A DNA stretch of 64,000 bases from positions 26,784,001 to 26,848,000 of the forward strand of contig OZ024744.1 in NCBI GenBank assembly GCA_964016885.1, in the 5' to 3' direction. Below are positions 37,601 through 52,600 of the stretch, piece after piece. The position numbers and the translations under genes were made by a program. The stretch is from Eledone cirrhosa (lineage: Eukaryota). How positions within the stretch are numbered: position 1 is the stretch's first letter; every line of letters begins with the position of its first letter. The notes beneath the pieces are model-generated. The model was not told where the DNA came from. It was given only the letters and a program-made list of their open reading frames with translations, and made no database searches.

Positions 37601-40600
37601 GTCTCCACTGCTACGGCTAGGCATCTCAGTGCATGTGGTGGTAAGAAGGAAGGAACCGTAGGGCCAAGGACACCAGAAGTCTCCACTCTTACGGCTAGGC
37701 ATCTCAGTGCATGTGGTTGTAAGAACGGAAGTAACCTTAGGGCCAGGGACACCAGAAGTCTCCACTGCTACGGCTAGGCATCTCAGTGCATGTGGTGGTA
37801 AGAAGGAAGTAACCTTAGGGCCAGGGACACCAGAAGTCTCCACTGCTACGGCTAGACATCTCAGTGCATGTGGTGGTAAGAAGGGAGGTAACATAAGGGC
37901 CAGGGACACCAGAAGTCTCCACTGCTACGGCTAGGCATCTCAGTGCATGTGGTGGTAAGAAGGGAGGTAACCTTAGGGCCAGGGACAGCAGAAGTCTCCA
38001 CTGCTACCGCTAGGCATCTCAGTGCATGAGGTGGTAAGAAGGGAGGTAACCTTAGGGCCAGGGACACCAACGTCTCCACTGCTACGGCTAGGCATCTCAG
38101 TGCATGTGGTGGTAAGAAGGAAGTAACCTTAAGGCCAAGGACACCAGAAGTCTCCACTGTTACGGCTAGGCATCTCAGTGCATGTGGTGGTAAGAAGGGA
38201 GGTAACCTTAGGGCCAGGGACACCAGAAGTCTCCACTGCTACGGCTAGGCATCTCAGTGCATGTGGTGGTAAGAAGGAAGGAACCGTAGGGCCAAGGACA
38301 CCAGAAGTCTCCACTCTTACGGCTAGGCATCTCAGTGCATGTGGTTGTAAGAAGGGAAGTAACCTTAGGGCCAGGGACACCAGAAGTCTCCACTGCTACG
38401 GCTAGGCATCTCAGTGCATGTGGTGGTAAGAAGGAAGTAACCTTAGGGCCAGGGACACCAGAAGTCTCCACTGTTACGGCTAGGCATGTCAGTGCATGAG
38501 GTGGTAAGAAGGGAGGTAACCTTAGGGCCAGGGACACCAAAAGTCTCCACTGCTACGGCTAGGCATCTCAGTGCATGTGGTGGTAAGAAGGGAGGTAACC
38601 TTAGGGCCAGGGACACCAGAAGTCTCCACTGCTACGGCTAGGCATCTCAGTGCATGTGGTGGTAAGAAGGAAGTAACCTCAGGGCCAAGGACACCAGAAG
38701 TCTCCACTGTTACGGCTAGGCATCTCAGTGCATGTGGTGGTAAGAAGGGAGGTAACATTAGGGCCAGGGACACCAGAAGTCTCCACTGTTACGGCTAGGC
38801 ATCTCAGTGCATGTGGTGGTATGAAGGGAGGTAACCTTAGGGCCAAGGACACCAGAAGTCTTCACTGTTACGGCTAGGCATGTCAGTGAATGTGGTGGTA
38901 AGAAGGGTGGTAACCTTAGTGCCAGGGACACCAGAAGTCTCCACTGTTACGGCTAGGCATGTCAGTGCATGTGGTGGTAAAAAAGGAGGTAAACTTAGGG
39001 CCAGGGACACCAGAAGTCTCCACTGTTACGGCTAGGCATCTCAGTGCATGTGGTGGTAAGAAGGGAGGTAACCTTAGAGCCAGGGACACCAGAAGTCTCC
39101 ACTATTACGGCTAGGCATCTCAGTGCATGTGGTTCTAAGAAGGGAGGTAACCTTAGGGCCAGGGACACCAGAGGTCTCCACTGCTACGGCTAGGCATCTC
39201 AGTGCATCTGGTGGTAAGAAGGGAGGTAACCTTAGGGCCAGGGACGGCAGAAGTCTCCACTGCTACCGCTAGGCATCTCAGTGCATGTGGTGGTAAGAAG
39301 GGAGGTAACCTTAGGGCCAGGGACACCAGACGCCTTCACTGTTACGGGTAGGCATCTCAGTGCATGTGGTGGTAAGAAGGGAGGTAACCTTACGGCCAAG
39401 GACACCAGAAATCTCCACTGTTACGGCTAGGCATCTCAGTGCATGTGGTGGTAAGAAGGGAGGTAACCTTAGGGCCAGGGACACCAGAAGACTCCACTGT
39501 TACGGCTAGGCATCTCAGTGCATGTGGTGGTAAGAAGGGAGGTAACCTTAGGGCCAGGGACACTAGAAGACTCCACTTTAACGGCTAGGCATCTCAGTGC
39601 ATGTGGTGGTAAGAAAGGAAGTAACCTTTGGGCCAAGGACACCAGAAGTCTCCACTGTTACGGCTAGGCATCTCAGTGCATCTGGTGGTAAGAAGGGAGG
39701 TAACCTTAGGGCCAGGGACACCAGAAGTCTCCACTGCTACGGCTAGGCATCTCAGTGCATGTGGTGGTAAGAAGGAAGTAACCTTAGGGCCAAGGACACC
39801 AGAAGTCTCCACTGTTACGGCTAGGCATCTCAGTGCATGTGGTGGTAAGAAGGGAGGTAACCTTACGGCCAAGGACACCAGAAGTCTCCACTGTTACGGC
39901 TAGGCATCTCAGTGCATGTGGTGGTAAGAAGGGAGGTAACCTTAGGGCCAGGGACACCAGAAGACTCCACTGTTACGGCTAGGCATCTCAGTGCATGTGG
40001 TGGTAAGAAGGGAGGTAACCTTAGGGCCAGGGACACTAGAAGACTCCACTTTAACGGCTAGGCATCTCAGTGCATGTGGTGGTAAGAAAGGAAGTAACCT
40101 TTGGGCCAAGGACACCAGAAGTCTCCACTGTTACGGCTAGGCATCTCAGTGTATGTGGTGGTAAGAAGGGAGGTAACCTTAGGGCCAGGGACACCAGAAG
40201 TCTCCACTGTTACGGCTAGGCATCTCAGTGCATGTGGTGGTAAGAAGGGAGGTAACCTCAGGGCCAGGGACACCAGAAGTCTCCACTGCTACGGCTAGGC
40301 ATCTCAGTGCATGTGGTGGTAAGAAGGAAGTAAACTTAGGGCCAAGGACACCAGAAGTCTCCACTGTTACGGCTAGGCATCTCAGTGCATGTGGTGGTAA
40401 GAAGGGAGGTAACCTTAGGGCCAAGGACACCAGAAGTCTTCACTGTTACGGCTAGGCATGTCAGTGCATGTGGTGGTAAGAAGGGTGGTAACCTTAGTGC
40501 CAGAGACACCAGAAGTCTCCACTGTTACGGCTAGGCATCTCAGTGCATGTGGTTGTAAGAAAGGAGGTAAACTTAGGGCCAGGGACACCAGAAGTCTCCA

Positions 40601-43600
40601 CTGTTACGGCTAGGCATCTCAGTGCATGTGGTGGTAAGAAGGGAGGCAACCTTAGGGCCAGGGACACCAGAAGTCTCCACTGTTACGGCTAGGCATCTCA
40701 GTGCATGTGGTGCTAAGAAGGGAGTTAACCTTAGGGCCAGGGACACCAGAAGTCTCCACTGCTACGGCTAGGCATCTCAGTGCATGTGGTGGTAAGAAGG
40801 GAGGTAACCTTAGGGCCAGGGACAGCAGAAGTCTCCACTGCTACCGCTAGGCATCTCAGTGCATGTGGTGGTAAGAAGGGAGGTAACCTTAGGGCCAGGG
40901 ACACCAGACGTCTCCACTCTTACGGGTAGGCATCTCAGTGCATGTGGTGGTAAGAAAGGAAGTAACCTTTGGGCCAAGGACACCAGAAGTCTCCACTGTT
41001 ACGGCTACGCATCTCAGTGCATGTGGTGGTAAGAAGGAAGTAACCTTAGGGCCAAGGACACCAGAAGTCTCCACTGTTACGGCTAGGCATCTCAGTGCAT
41101 GTGGTGGTAAGAAGGAAGTAACCTTAGGGCCAGGGACACCAGAAGTCTCCACTGCTACGGCTAGACATCTCAGTGCATGTGGTGGTAAGAAGGGAGGTAA
41201 CCTTAAGGCCAGGGACACCAGAAGACTCCACTGTTACGGCTAGGCATCTCAGTGCATGTGGTGGTAAGTATGGAGGTAACCTTATGGCCAAGGACACCAG
41301 AAATCTCCACTGTTACGGCTAGGCATCTCAGTGCATGTGGTGGTAAGAAAGGAAGTAACCTTTGGGCCAAGGACACCAGAAGTCTCCACTGTTACGTCTA
41401 GGCATCTCAGTGCATGTGGTGGTAAGAAGGGAGGTAACCTCAGGGCCAGGGACACCAGAAGTCTCTACTGCTACGGCTAGGCATCTCAGTGCATGTGGTG
41501 GTAAGAAGGAAGTAACCTTAGGGCCAAGGACACCAGAAGTTTCCACTGTTACGGCTAGGCATCTCAGTGCATGTGGTGGTAAGAAGGGAGGTAACCTTAG
41601 GGCCAAGGACACCAGAAGTCTTCACTGTTACGGCTAGGCATGTCAGTGCATGTGGTGGTAAGAAGGGTGGTAACCTTAGTGCCAGGGACACCAGAAGTCT
41701 CCACTGTTACGGCTAGGCATCTCAGTGCATATGGTTGTAAGAAAGGAGGTAAACTTAGGGCCAGGGACACCAGAAGTCTCCACTGTTACGGCTAGGCATC
41801 TCAGTGGATGTGGTGGTAAGAAGGGAGGTAACCTTAGGGCCAGGGACACCAGAAGTCTCCACTGTTACGGCTAGGCATCTCAGTGCATGTGGTGCTAAGA
41901 AGAGAGGTAACCTTAGGGCCAGGGACACCAGAAGTCTCCACTGCTACGGCTAGGCATCTCAGTGCATGTGGTGGTAAGAAGGGAGGTAACCTTAGGGCCA
42001 GGGACAGCAGAAGTCTCCACTGCTACCGCTAGGCATCTCAGTGCATGAGGTGGTAAGAAGGGAGGTAACCTTAGGGCCAGGGCCACCAAAGTCTCCACTG
42101 CTACGGCTAGGCATCTCAGTGCATGTGGTGGTAAGAAGGGAGGTAACCTTCGGGCCAGGGACACCAGAAGTCTCCACTGCTACGGCTAGGCATCTCAGTG
42201 CATGTGGTGGTAAGAAGGAAGTAACCTCAGGGCCAAGGACACCAGAAGTCTCCACTGCTACGACTAGGCATCTCAGTGCATGTGGTGGTAAGAAGGGAGG
42301 TAACCTGAGGGTCAGGGACACCAGACGTCTCCACTGTTACGGGTAGGCATCTCAGTGCATGTGTTGCTAAGAAGGGAGGTAACCTTAGGGCCAGGGACAG
42401 CAGAAGTCTCCACTGCTACCGCTAGGCATCTCAGTGCATGTGGTGGTAAGAAAGGAAGTAACCTTTGGGCCAAGGACACCAGAAGTCTCCACTGTTACGG
42501 CTAGGCATCTCAGTGCATGTGGTGGTGAGAAAGGAGGTAACCTTAGGGCCAGGGACACCAGAAGTCTCCACTGCTACGGCTAGGCATCTCAGTGCATGTG
42601 GTGGTAAGAAGGAAGTAACCTTAGGGCCAAGGACACCAGAAGTCTCCACTGTTACGGCTAGGCATCTCAGTGCATGTGGTGGTAAGAAGGGAGGCAACCT
42701 TAGGGCCAGGGACACCAGAAGTCTCTACTGCTACGGCTAGGCATCTCAGTGCATGTGGTGGTAAGAAGGAAGTAACCTTAGGGCCAAGGACACCAGAAGT
42801 TTCCACTGTTACGGCTAGGCATCTCAGTGCATGTGGTGCTAAGAAGAGAGGTAACCTTAGGGCCAGGGACACCAGAAGTCTCCACTGCTACGGCTAGGCA
42901 TCTCAGTGCATGTGGTGGTAAGTAGGGAGGTAACCTTAGGGCCAGGGACAGCAGAAGTCTCCACTGCTACCGCTAGGCATCTCAGTGCATGAGGTGGTAA
43001 GAAGGGAGGTAACCTTAGGGCCAGGGCCACCAAAGTCTCCACTGCTACGGCTAGGCATCTCAGTGCATGTGGTGGTAAGAAGGGAGGTAACCTTCGGGCC
43101 AGGGACACCAGAAGTCTCCACTGCTACGGCTAGGCATCTCAGTGCATGTGGTGGTAAGAAGGAAGTAACGTCAGGGCCAAGGACACCAGAAGTCTCCACT
43201 GCTACGACTAGGCATCTCAGTGCATGTGGTGGTAAGAAGGGAGGTAACCTGAGGGCCAGGGACACCAGACGTCTCCACTGTTACGGGTAGGCATCTCAGT
43301 GCATGTGTTGCTAAGAAGGGAGGTAACCTTAGGGCCAGGGACAGCAGAAGTCTCCACTGCTACCGCTAGGCATCTCAGTGCATGTGGTGGTAAGAAGGGA
43401 GGTAACCTGAGGGCCAGGGACACCAGACGTCTCCACTGTTACGGGTAGGCATCTCAGTGCATGTGGTGGTAAGAAGGGAGGTAACCTTAGGGCCAAGGAC
43501 ACCAGAAATCTCCACTGTTACGGCTAGGCATCTCAGTGCATGTGGTGGTAAGAAAGGAAGTAACCTTTGGGCCAAGGACACCAGAAGTCTCCACTGTTAC

Positions 43601-46600
43601 GGCTAGGCATCTCAGTGCATGTGGTGGTAAGAAGGGAGGTAACCTTAGGGCCAGGGACACCAGAAGTCTCCACTGCTACGGCTAGGCATCTCAGTGCATG
43701 TGGTGGTAAGAAGGAAGTAACCTTAGGGCCAAGGACACCAGAAGTCTCCACTGTTACGGCTAGGCATCTCAGTGCATGTGGTGGTAAGAAGGGAGGCAAC
43801 CTTAGGGCCAGGGACACCAGAAGTCTCCACTGTTACGGCTAGGCATCTCAGTGCATGTGGTGCTAAGAAGGGAGTTAACCTTAGGGCCAGGGACACCAGA
43901 AGTCTCCACTGCTACGGCTAGGCATCTCAGTGCATGTGGTGGTAAGAAGGGAGGTAACCTTAGGGCCAGGGACAGCAGAAGTCTCCACTGCTACCGCTAG
44001 GCATCTCAGTGCATGTGGTGGTAAGAAGGGAGGTAACCTTAGGGCCAGGGACACCAGACGTCTCCACTGCTACCGCTAGGCATCTCAGTGGATGTGGTGG
44101 TAAGAAGGGAGGTAACCTTAGGGCCAGGGACACCAGAAGTCTCCACTGTTACGGCTAGGCATCTCAGTGCATGTGGTGCTAAGAAGAGAGGTAACCTTAG
44201 GGCCAGGGACACCAGAAGTCTCCACTGCTACGGCTAGGCATCTCAGTGCATGTGGTGGTAAGAAGGGAGGTAACCTGAGGGCCAGGGACACCAGACGTCT
44301 CCACTGTTACGGGTAGGCATCTCAGTGCATGTGTTGCTAAGAAGGGAGGTAACCTTAGGGCCAGGGACAGCAGAAGTCTCCACTGCTACCGCTAGGCATC
44401 TCAGTGCATGTGGTGGTAAGAAGGTAGGTAACCTGAGGGCCAGGGACACCAGACGTCTCCACTGTTACGGGTAGGCATCTCAGTGCATGTGGTGGTAAGA
44501 AGGGAGGTAACCTTAGGGCCAAGGACACCAGAAATCTCCACTGTTACGGCTAGGCATCTCAGTGCATGTGGTGGTAAGAAAGGAAGTAACCTTTGGGCCA
44601 AGGACACCAGAAGTCTCCACTGTTACGGCTAGGCATCTCAGTGCATGTGGTGGTAAGAAGGGAGGTAACCTTAGGGCAGGGACACCAGAAGTCTCCACTG
44701 CTACGGCTAGGCATCTCAGTGCATGTGGTGGTAAGAAGGAAGTAACCTTAGGGCCAAGGACACCAGAAGTCTCCACTGTTACGGCTAGGCATCTCAGTGC
44801 ATGTGGTGGTAAGAAGGGAGGCAACCTTAGGGCCAGGGACACCAGAAGTCTCCACTGTTACGGCTAGGCATCTCAGTGCATGTGGTGCTAAGAAGGGAGT
44901 TAACCTTAGGGCCAGGGACACCAGAAGTCTCCACTTCTACGGCTAGGCATCTCAGTGCATGTGGTGGTAAGAAGGGAGGTAACCTTAGGGCCAGGGACAG
45001 CAGAAGTCTCCACTGCTACCGTTAGGCATCTCAGTGCATGTGGTGATAAGAAGGGAGGTAACCTTAGGGCCAGGGACACCAGACGTCTCCACTCTTACGG
45101 GTAGGCATCTCAGTGCATGTGGTGGTAAGAAAGGAAGTAACCTTTGGGCCAAGGACACCAGAAGTCTCCACTGTTACGGCTAGGCATCTCAGTGCATGTG
45201 GTGGTAAGAAGGGAGGTAACCTTAGGGCCAGGGACACCAGAAGTCTCCACTGTTACGGCTAGGCATCTCAGTGCATGTGGTGGTAAGAAGGAAGTAACCT
45301 TAGGGCCAAGGACACCAGAAGTCTCCACTGTTACGGCTAGGCATCTCAGTGCATGTGGTGGTAAGAAGGGAGGTAACCTTAGGACCAGGGACACCAGAAG
45401 ACTCCACTGCTACGGCTAGGCATCTCAGTGCATGTGGTGGTAAGAAGGAAGTAACCTTAGGGCCAGGGACACCAGAAGTCTCCACTGCTACGGCTAGACA
45501 TCTCAGTGCATGTGGTGGTAAGAAGGGAGGTAACCTTAAGGCCAGGGACACCAGAAGACTCCACTGTTACGGCTAGGCATCTCAGTGCATGTGGTGGTAA
45601 GTATGGAGGTAACCTTAGGGCCAAGGACACCAGAAATCTCCAATGTTACGGCTAGGCATCTCAGTGCATGTGGTGGTAAGAAAGGAAGTAACCTTTGGGC
45701 CAAGGAATCCAGAAGTCTCCACTGTTACGGCTAGGCATCTCAGTGCATGTGGTGGTAAGAAGGGAGGTAACCTCAGGGCCAGGGACACCAGAAGTCTCTA
45801 CTGCTACGGCTAGGCATCTCAGTGCATGTGGTGGTAAGAAGGAAGTAACCTTAGGGCCAAGGACACCAGAAGTCTCCACTGTTACGGCTAGGCATCTCAG
45901 TGCATGTGGTGGTAAGAAGGGAGGTAACCTTAGGGCCAAGGACACCAGAAGTCTTCACTGTTACGGCTAGGCATGTCAGTGCATGTGGTGGTAAGAAGGG
46001 AGGTAACCTCAGGGCCAGGGACACCAGAAGTCTCTACTGCTACGGCTAGGCATCTCAGTGCATGTGGTGGTAAGAAGGAAGTAACCTTAGGGCCAAGGAC
46101 ACCAGAAGTTTCCACTGTTACGGCTAGGCATCTCAGTGCATGTGGTGGTAAGAAGGGAGGTAACCTTAGGGCCAAGGACACCAGAAGTCTTCACTGTTAC
46201 GGCTAGGCATGTCAGTGCATGTGGTGGTAAGAAGGGTGGTAACCTTAGTGCCAGGGACACCAGAAGTCTCCACTGTTACGGCTAGGCATCTCAGTGCATA
46301 TGGTTGTAAGAAAGGAGGTTAACTTAGGGCCAGGGACACCAGACGTCTCCACTGTTACGGCTAGGCATCTCAGTGCATGTGGTGGTAAGAAGGGAGGTAA
46401 CCTTAGGGCCAGGGACAGCAGAAGTCTCCACTGCTACCGCTAGGCATCTCAGTGCATGAGGTGGTAAGAAGGGAGGTAACCTTAGGGCCAGGGACACCAA
46501 AGTCTCCACTGCTACGGCTAGGCATCTCAGTGCATGTGGTGGTAAGAAGGGAGGTAACCTTCGGGCCAGGGACACCAGAAGTCTCCACTGTTACGTCTAG

Positions 46601-49600
46601 GCATCTCAGTGCATGTGGTGGTAAGAAGGGAGGTAACCTCAGGGCCAGGGACACCAGAAGTCTCTACTGCTACGGCTAGGCATCTCAGTGCATGTGGTGG
46701 TAAGAAGGAAGTAACCTTAGGGCCAAGGACACCAGAAGTCTCCACTGTTACGGCTAGGCATGTCAGTGCATGTGGTGGTAAGAAGGGTGGTAACCTTAGT
46801 GCCAGGGACACCAGAAGTCTCCACTGTTACGGCTAGGCATCTCAGTGCATATGGTTGTAAGAAAGGGGGTAAACTTAGGGCCAGGGACACCAGAAGTCTC
46901 CACTCTTACGGCTAGGCATCTCAGTGGATGTGGTGGTAAGAAGGGAGGTAACCTTAGGGCCAGGGACACCAGAAGTCTCCACTGTTACGGCTAGGCATCT
47001 CAGTGCATGTGGTGCTAAGAAGTGAGGTAACCTTAGGGCCAGGGACACCAGAAGTCTCCACTGCTACGGCTAGGCATCTCAGTGCATGTGGTGGTAAGAA
47101 GGGAGCTAACCTTAGGGCCAGGGACAGCAGAAGTCTCCACTGCTACCGCTAGGCATCTCAGTGCATGAGGTGGTAAGAAGGGAGGTAACCTTAGGGTCAG
47201 GAACACCAACGTCTCCACTGCTACGGCTAGGCATCTCAGTGCATGTGGTGGTAAGAAGGAAGTAACCTTAAGGCCAAGGACACCAGAAGTCTCCACTGTT
47301 ACGGCTAGGCATCTCAGTGCATGTGGTGGTAAGAAGGGAGGTAACCTTAGGGCCAGGGACACCAGAAGTCTCCACTGCTACGGCTAGGCATCTCAGTGCA
47401 TGTGGTGGTAAGAAGGAAGGAACCGTAGGGCCAAGGACACCAGAAGTCTCCACTCTTACGGCTAGGCATCTCAGTGCATGTGGTTGTAAGAACGGAAGTA
47501 ACCTTAGGGCCAGGGACACCAGAAGTCTCCACTGCTACGGCTAGGCATCTCAGTGCATGTGGTGGTAAGAAGGAAGTAACCTTAGGGCCAGGGACACCAG
47601 AAGTCTCCACTGCTACGGCTAGACATCTCAGTGCATGTGGTGGTAAGAAGGGAGGTAACATAAGGGCCAGGGACACCAGAAGTCTCCACTGCTACGGCTA
47701 GGCATCTCAGTGCATGTGGTGGTAAGAAGGGAGGTAACCTTAGGGCCAGGGACAGCAGAAGTCTCCACTGCTACCGCTAGGCATCTCAGTGCATGAGGTG
47801 GTAAGAAGGGAGGTAACCTTAGGGCCAGGGACACCAACGTCTCCACTGCTACGGCTAGGCATCTCAGTGCATGTGGTGGTAAGAAGGAAGTAACCTTAAG
47901 GCCAAGGACACCAGAAGTCTCCACTGTTACGGCTAGGCATCTCAGTGCATGTGGTGGTAAGAAGGGAGGTAACCTTAGGGCCAGGGACACCAGAAGTCTC
48001 CACTGCTACGGCTAGGCATCTCAGTGCATGTGGTGGTAAGAAGGAAGGAACCGTAGGGCCAAGGACACCAGAAGTCTCCACTCTTACGGCTAGGCATCTC
48101 AGTGCATGTGGTTGTAAGAAGGGAAGTAACCTTAGGGCCAGGGACACCAGAAGTCTCCACTGCTACGGCTAGGCATCTCAGTGCATGTGGTGGTAAGAAG
48201 GAAGTAACCTTAGGGCCAGGGACACCAGAAGTCTCCACTGTTACGGCTAGGCATGTCAGTGCATGAGGTGGTAAGAAGGGAGGTAACCTTAGGGCCAGGG
48301 ACACCAAAAGTCTCCACTGCTACGGCTAGGCATCTCAGTGCATGTGGTGGTAAGAAGGGAGGTAACCTTAGGGCCAGGGACACCAGAAGTCTCCACTGCT
48401 ACGGCTAGGCATCTCAGTGCATGTGGTGGTAAGAAGGAAGTAACCTCAGGGCCAAGGACACCAGAAGTCTCCACTGTTACGGCTAGGCATCTCAGTGCAT
48501 GTGGTGGTAAGAAGGGAGGTAACATTAGGGCCAGGGACACCAGAAGTCTCCACTGTTACGGCTAGGCATCTCAGTGCATGTGGTGGTATGAAGGGAGGTA
48601 ACCTTAGGGCCAAGGACACCAGAAGTCTTCACTGTTACGGCTAGGCATGTCAGTGAATGTGGTGGTAAGAAGGGTGGTAACCTTAGTGCCAGGGACACCA
48701 GAAGTCTCCACTGTTACGGCTAGGCATGTCAGTGCATGTGGTGGTAAAAAAGGAGGTAAACTTAGGGCCAGGGACACCAGAAGTCTCCACTGTTACGGCT
48801 AGGCATCTCAGTGCATGTGGTGGTAAGAAGGGAGGTAACCTTAGAGCCAGGGACACCAGAAGTCTCCACTATTACGGCTAGGCATCTCAGTGCATGTGGT
48901 TCTAAGAAGGGAGGTAACCTTAGGGCCAGGGACACCAGAGGTCTCCACTGCTACGGCTAGGCATCTCAGTGCATCTGGTGGTAAGAAGGGAGGTAACCTT
49001 AGGGCCAGGGACGGCAGAAGTCTCCACTGCTACCGCTAGGCATCTCAGTGCATGTGGTGGTAAGAAGGGAGGTAACCTTAGGGCCAGGGACACCAGACGC
49101 CTTCACTGTTACGGGTAGGCATCTCAGTGCATGTGGTGGTAAGAAGGGAGGTAACCTTACGGCCAAGGACACCAGAAATCTCCACTGTTACGGCTAGGCA
49201 TCTCAGTGCATGTGGTGGTAAGAAGGGAGGTAACCTTAGGGCCAGGGACACCAGAAGACTCCACTGTTACGGCTAGGCATCTCAGTGCATGTGGTGGTAA
49301 GAAGGGAGGTAACCTTAGGGCCAGGGACACTAGAAGACTCCACTTTAACGGCTAGGCATCTCAGTGCATGTGGTGGTAAGAAAGGAAGTAACCTTTGGGC
49401 CAAGGACACCAGAAGTCTCCACTGTTACGGCTAGGCATCTCAGTGCATCTGGTGGTAAGAAGGGAGGTAACCTTAGGGCCAGGGACACCAGAAGTCTCCA
49501 CTGCTACGGCTAGGCATCTCAGTGCATGTGGTGGTAAGAAGGAAGTAACCTTAGGGCCAAGGACACCAGAAGTCTCCACTGTTACGGCTAGGCATCTCAG

Positions 49601-52600
49601 TGCATGTGGTGGTAAGAAGGGAGGTAACCTTACGGCCAAGGACACCAGAAGTCTCCACTGTTACGGCTAGGCATCTCAGTGCATGTGGTGGTAAGAAGGG
49701 AGGTAACCTTAGGGCCAGGGACACCAGAAGACTCCACTGTTACGGCTAGGCATCTCAGTGCATGTGGTGGTAAGAAGGGAGGTAACCTTAGGGCCAGGGA
49801 CACTAGAAGACTCCACTTTAACGGCTAGGCATCTCAGTGCATGTGGTGGTAAGAAAGGAAGTAACCTTTGGGCCAAGGACACCAGAAGTCTCCACTGTTA
49901 CGGCTAGGCATCTCAGTGTATGTGGTGGTAAGAAGGGAGGTAACCTTAGGGCCAGGGACACCAGAAGTCTCCACTGTTACGGCTAGGCATCTCAGTGCAT
50001 GTGGTGGTAAGAAGGGAGGTAACCTCAGGGCCAGGGACACCAGAAGTCTCCACTGCTACGGCTAGGCATCTCAGTGCATGTGGTGGTAAGAAGGAAGTAA
50101 ACTTAGGGCCAAGGACACCAGAAGTCTCCACTGTTACGGCTAGGCATCTCAGTGCATGTGGTGGTAAGAAGGGAGGTAACCTTAGGGCCAAGGACACCAG
50201 AAGTCTTCACTGTTACGGCTAGGCATGTCAGTGCATGTGGTGGTAAGAAGGGTGGTAACCTTAGTGCCAGAGACACCAGAAGTCTCCACTGTTACGGCTA
50301 GGCATCTCAGTGCATGTGGTTGTAAGAAAGGAGGTAAACTTAGGGCCAGGGACACCAGAAGTCTCCACTGTTACGGCTAGGCATCTCAGTGCATGTGGTG
50401 GTAAGAAGGGAGGCAACCTTAGGGCCAGGGACACCAGAAGTCTCCACTGTTACGGCTAGGCATCTCAGTGCATGTGGTGCTAAGAAGGGAGTTAACCTTA
50501 GGGCCAGGGACACCAGAAGTCTCCACTGCTACGGCTAGGCATCTCAGTGCATGTGGTGGTAAGAAGGGAGGTAACCTTAGGGCCAGGGACAGCAGAAGTC
50601 TCCACTGCTACCGCTAGGCATCTCAGTGCATGTGGTGGTAAGAAGGGAGGTAACCTTAGGGCCAGGGACACCAGACGTCTCCACTCTTACGGGTAGGCAT
50701 CTCAGTGCATGTGGTGGTAAGAAAGGAAGTAACCTTTGGGCCAAGGACACCAGAAGTCTCCACTGTTACGGCTACGCATCTCAGTGCATGTGGTGGTAAG
50801 AAGGAAGTAACCTTAGGGCCAAGGACACCAGAAGTCTCCACTGTTACGGCTAGGCATCTCAGTGCATGTGGTGGTAAGAAGGAAGTAACCTTAGGGCCAG
50901 GGACACCAGAAGTCTCCACTGCTACGGCTAGACATCTCAGTGCATGTGGTGGTAAGAAGGGAGGTAACCTTAAGGCCAGGGACACCAGAAGACTCCACTG
51001 TTACGGCTAGGCATCTCAGTGCATGTGGTGGTAAGTATGGAGGTAACCTTATGGCCAAGGACACCAGAAATCTCCACTGTTACGGCTAGGCATCTCAGTG
51101 CATGTGGTGGTAAGAAAGGAAGTAACCTTTGGGCCAAGGACACCAGAAGTCTCCACTGTTACGTCTAGGCATCTCAGTGCATGTGGTGGTAAGAAGGGAG
51201 GTAACCTCAGGGCCAGGGACACCAGAAGTCTCTACTGCTACGGCTAGGCATCTCAGTGCATGTGGTGGTAAGAAGGAAGTAACCTTAGGGCCAAGGACAC
51301 CAGAAGTTTCCACTGTTACGGCTAGGCATCTCAGTGCATGTGGTGGTAAGAAGGGAGGTAACCTTAGGGCCAAGGACACCAGAAGTCTTCACTGTTACGG
51401 CTAGGCATGTCAGTGCATGTGGTGGTAAGAAGGGTGGTAACCTTAGTGCCAGGGACACCAGAAGTCTCCACTGTTACGGCTAGGCATCTCAGTGCATATG
51501 GTTGTAAGAAAGGAGGTAAACTTAGGGCCAGGGACACCAGAAGTCTCCACTGTTACGGCTAGGCATCTCAGTGGATGTGGTGGTAAGAAGGGAGGTAACC
51601 TTAGGGCCAGGGACACCAGAAGTCTCCACTGTTACGGCTAGGCATCTCAGTGCATGTGGTGCTAAGAAGAGAGGTAACCTTAGGGCCAGGGACACCAGAA
51701 GTCTCCACTGCTACGGCTAGGCATCTCAGTGCATGTGGTGGTAAGAAGGGAGGTAACCTTAGGGCCAGGGACAGCAGAAGTCTCCACTGCTACCGCTAGG
51801 CATCTCAGTGCATGAGGTGGTAAGAAGGGAGGTAACCTTAGGGCCAGGGCCACCAAAGTCTCCACTGCTACGGCTAGGCATCTCAGTGCATGTGGTGGTA
51901 AGAAGGGAGGTAACCTTCGGGCCAGGGACACCAGAAGTCTCCACTGCTACGGCTAGGCATCTCAGTGCATGTGGTGGTAAGAAGGAAGTAACCTCAGGGC
52001 CAAGGACACCAGAAGTCTCCACTGCTACGACTAGGCATCTCAGTGCATGTGGTGGTAAGAAGGGAGGTAACCTGAGGGTCAGGGACACCAGACGTCTCCA
52101 CTGTTACGGGTAGGCATCTCAGTGCATGTGTTGCTAAGAAGGGAGGTAACCTTAGGGCCAGGGACAGCAGAAGTCTCCACTGCTACCGCTAGGCATCTCA
52201 GTGCATGTGGTGGTAAGAAAGGAAGTAACCTTTGGGCCAAGGACACCAGAAGTCTCCACTGTTACGGCTAGGCATCTCAGTGCATGTGGTGGTGAGAAAG
52301 GAGGTAACCTTAGGGCCAGGGACACCAGAAGTCTCCACTGCTACGGCTAGGCATCTCAGTGCATGTGGTGGTAAGAAGGAAGTAACCTTAGGGCCAAGGA
52401 CACCAGAAGTCTCCACTGTTACGGCTAGGCATCTCAGTGCATGTGGTGGTAAGAAGGGAGGCAACCTTAGGGCCAGGGACACCAGAAGTCTCTACTGCTA
52501 CGGCTAGGCATCTCAGTGCATGTGGTGGTAAGAAGGAAGTAACCTTAGGGCCAAGGACACCAGAAGTTTCCACTGTTACGGCTAGGCATCTCAGTGCATG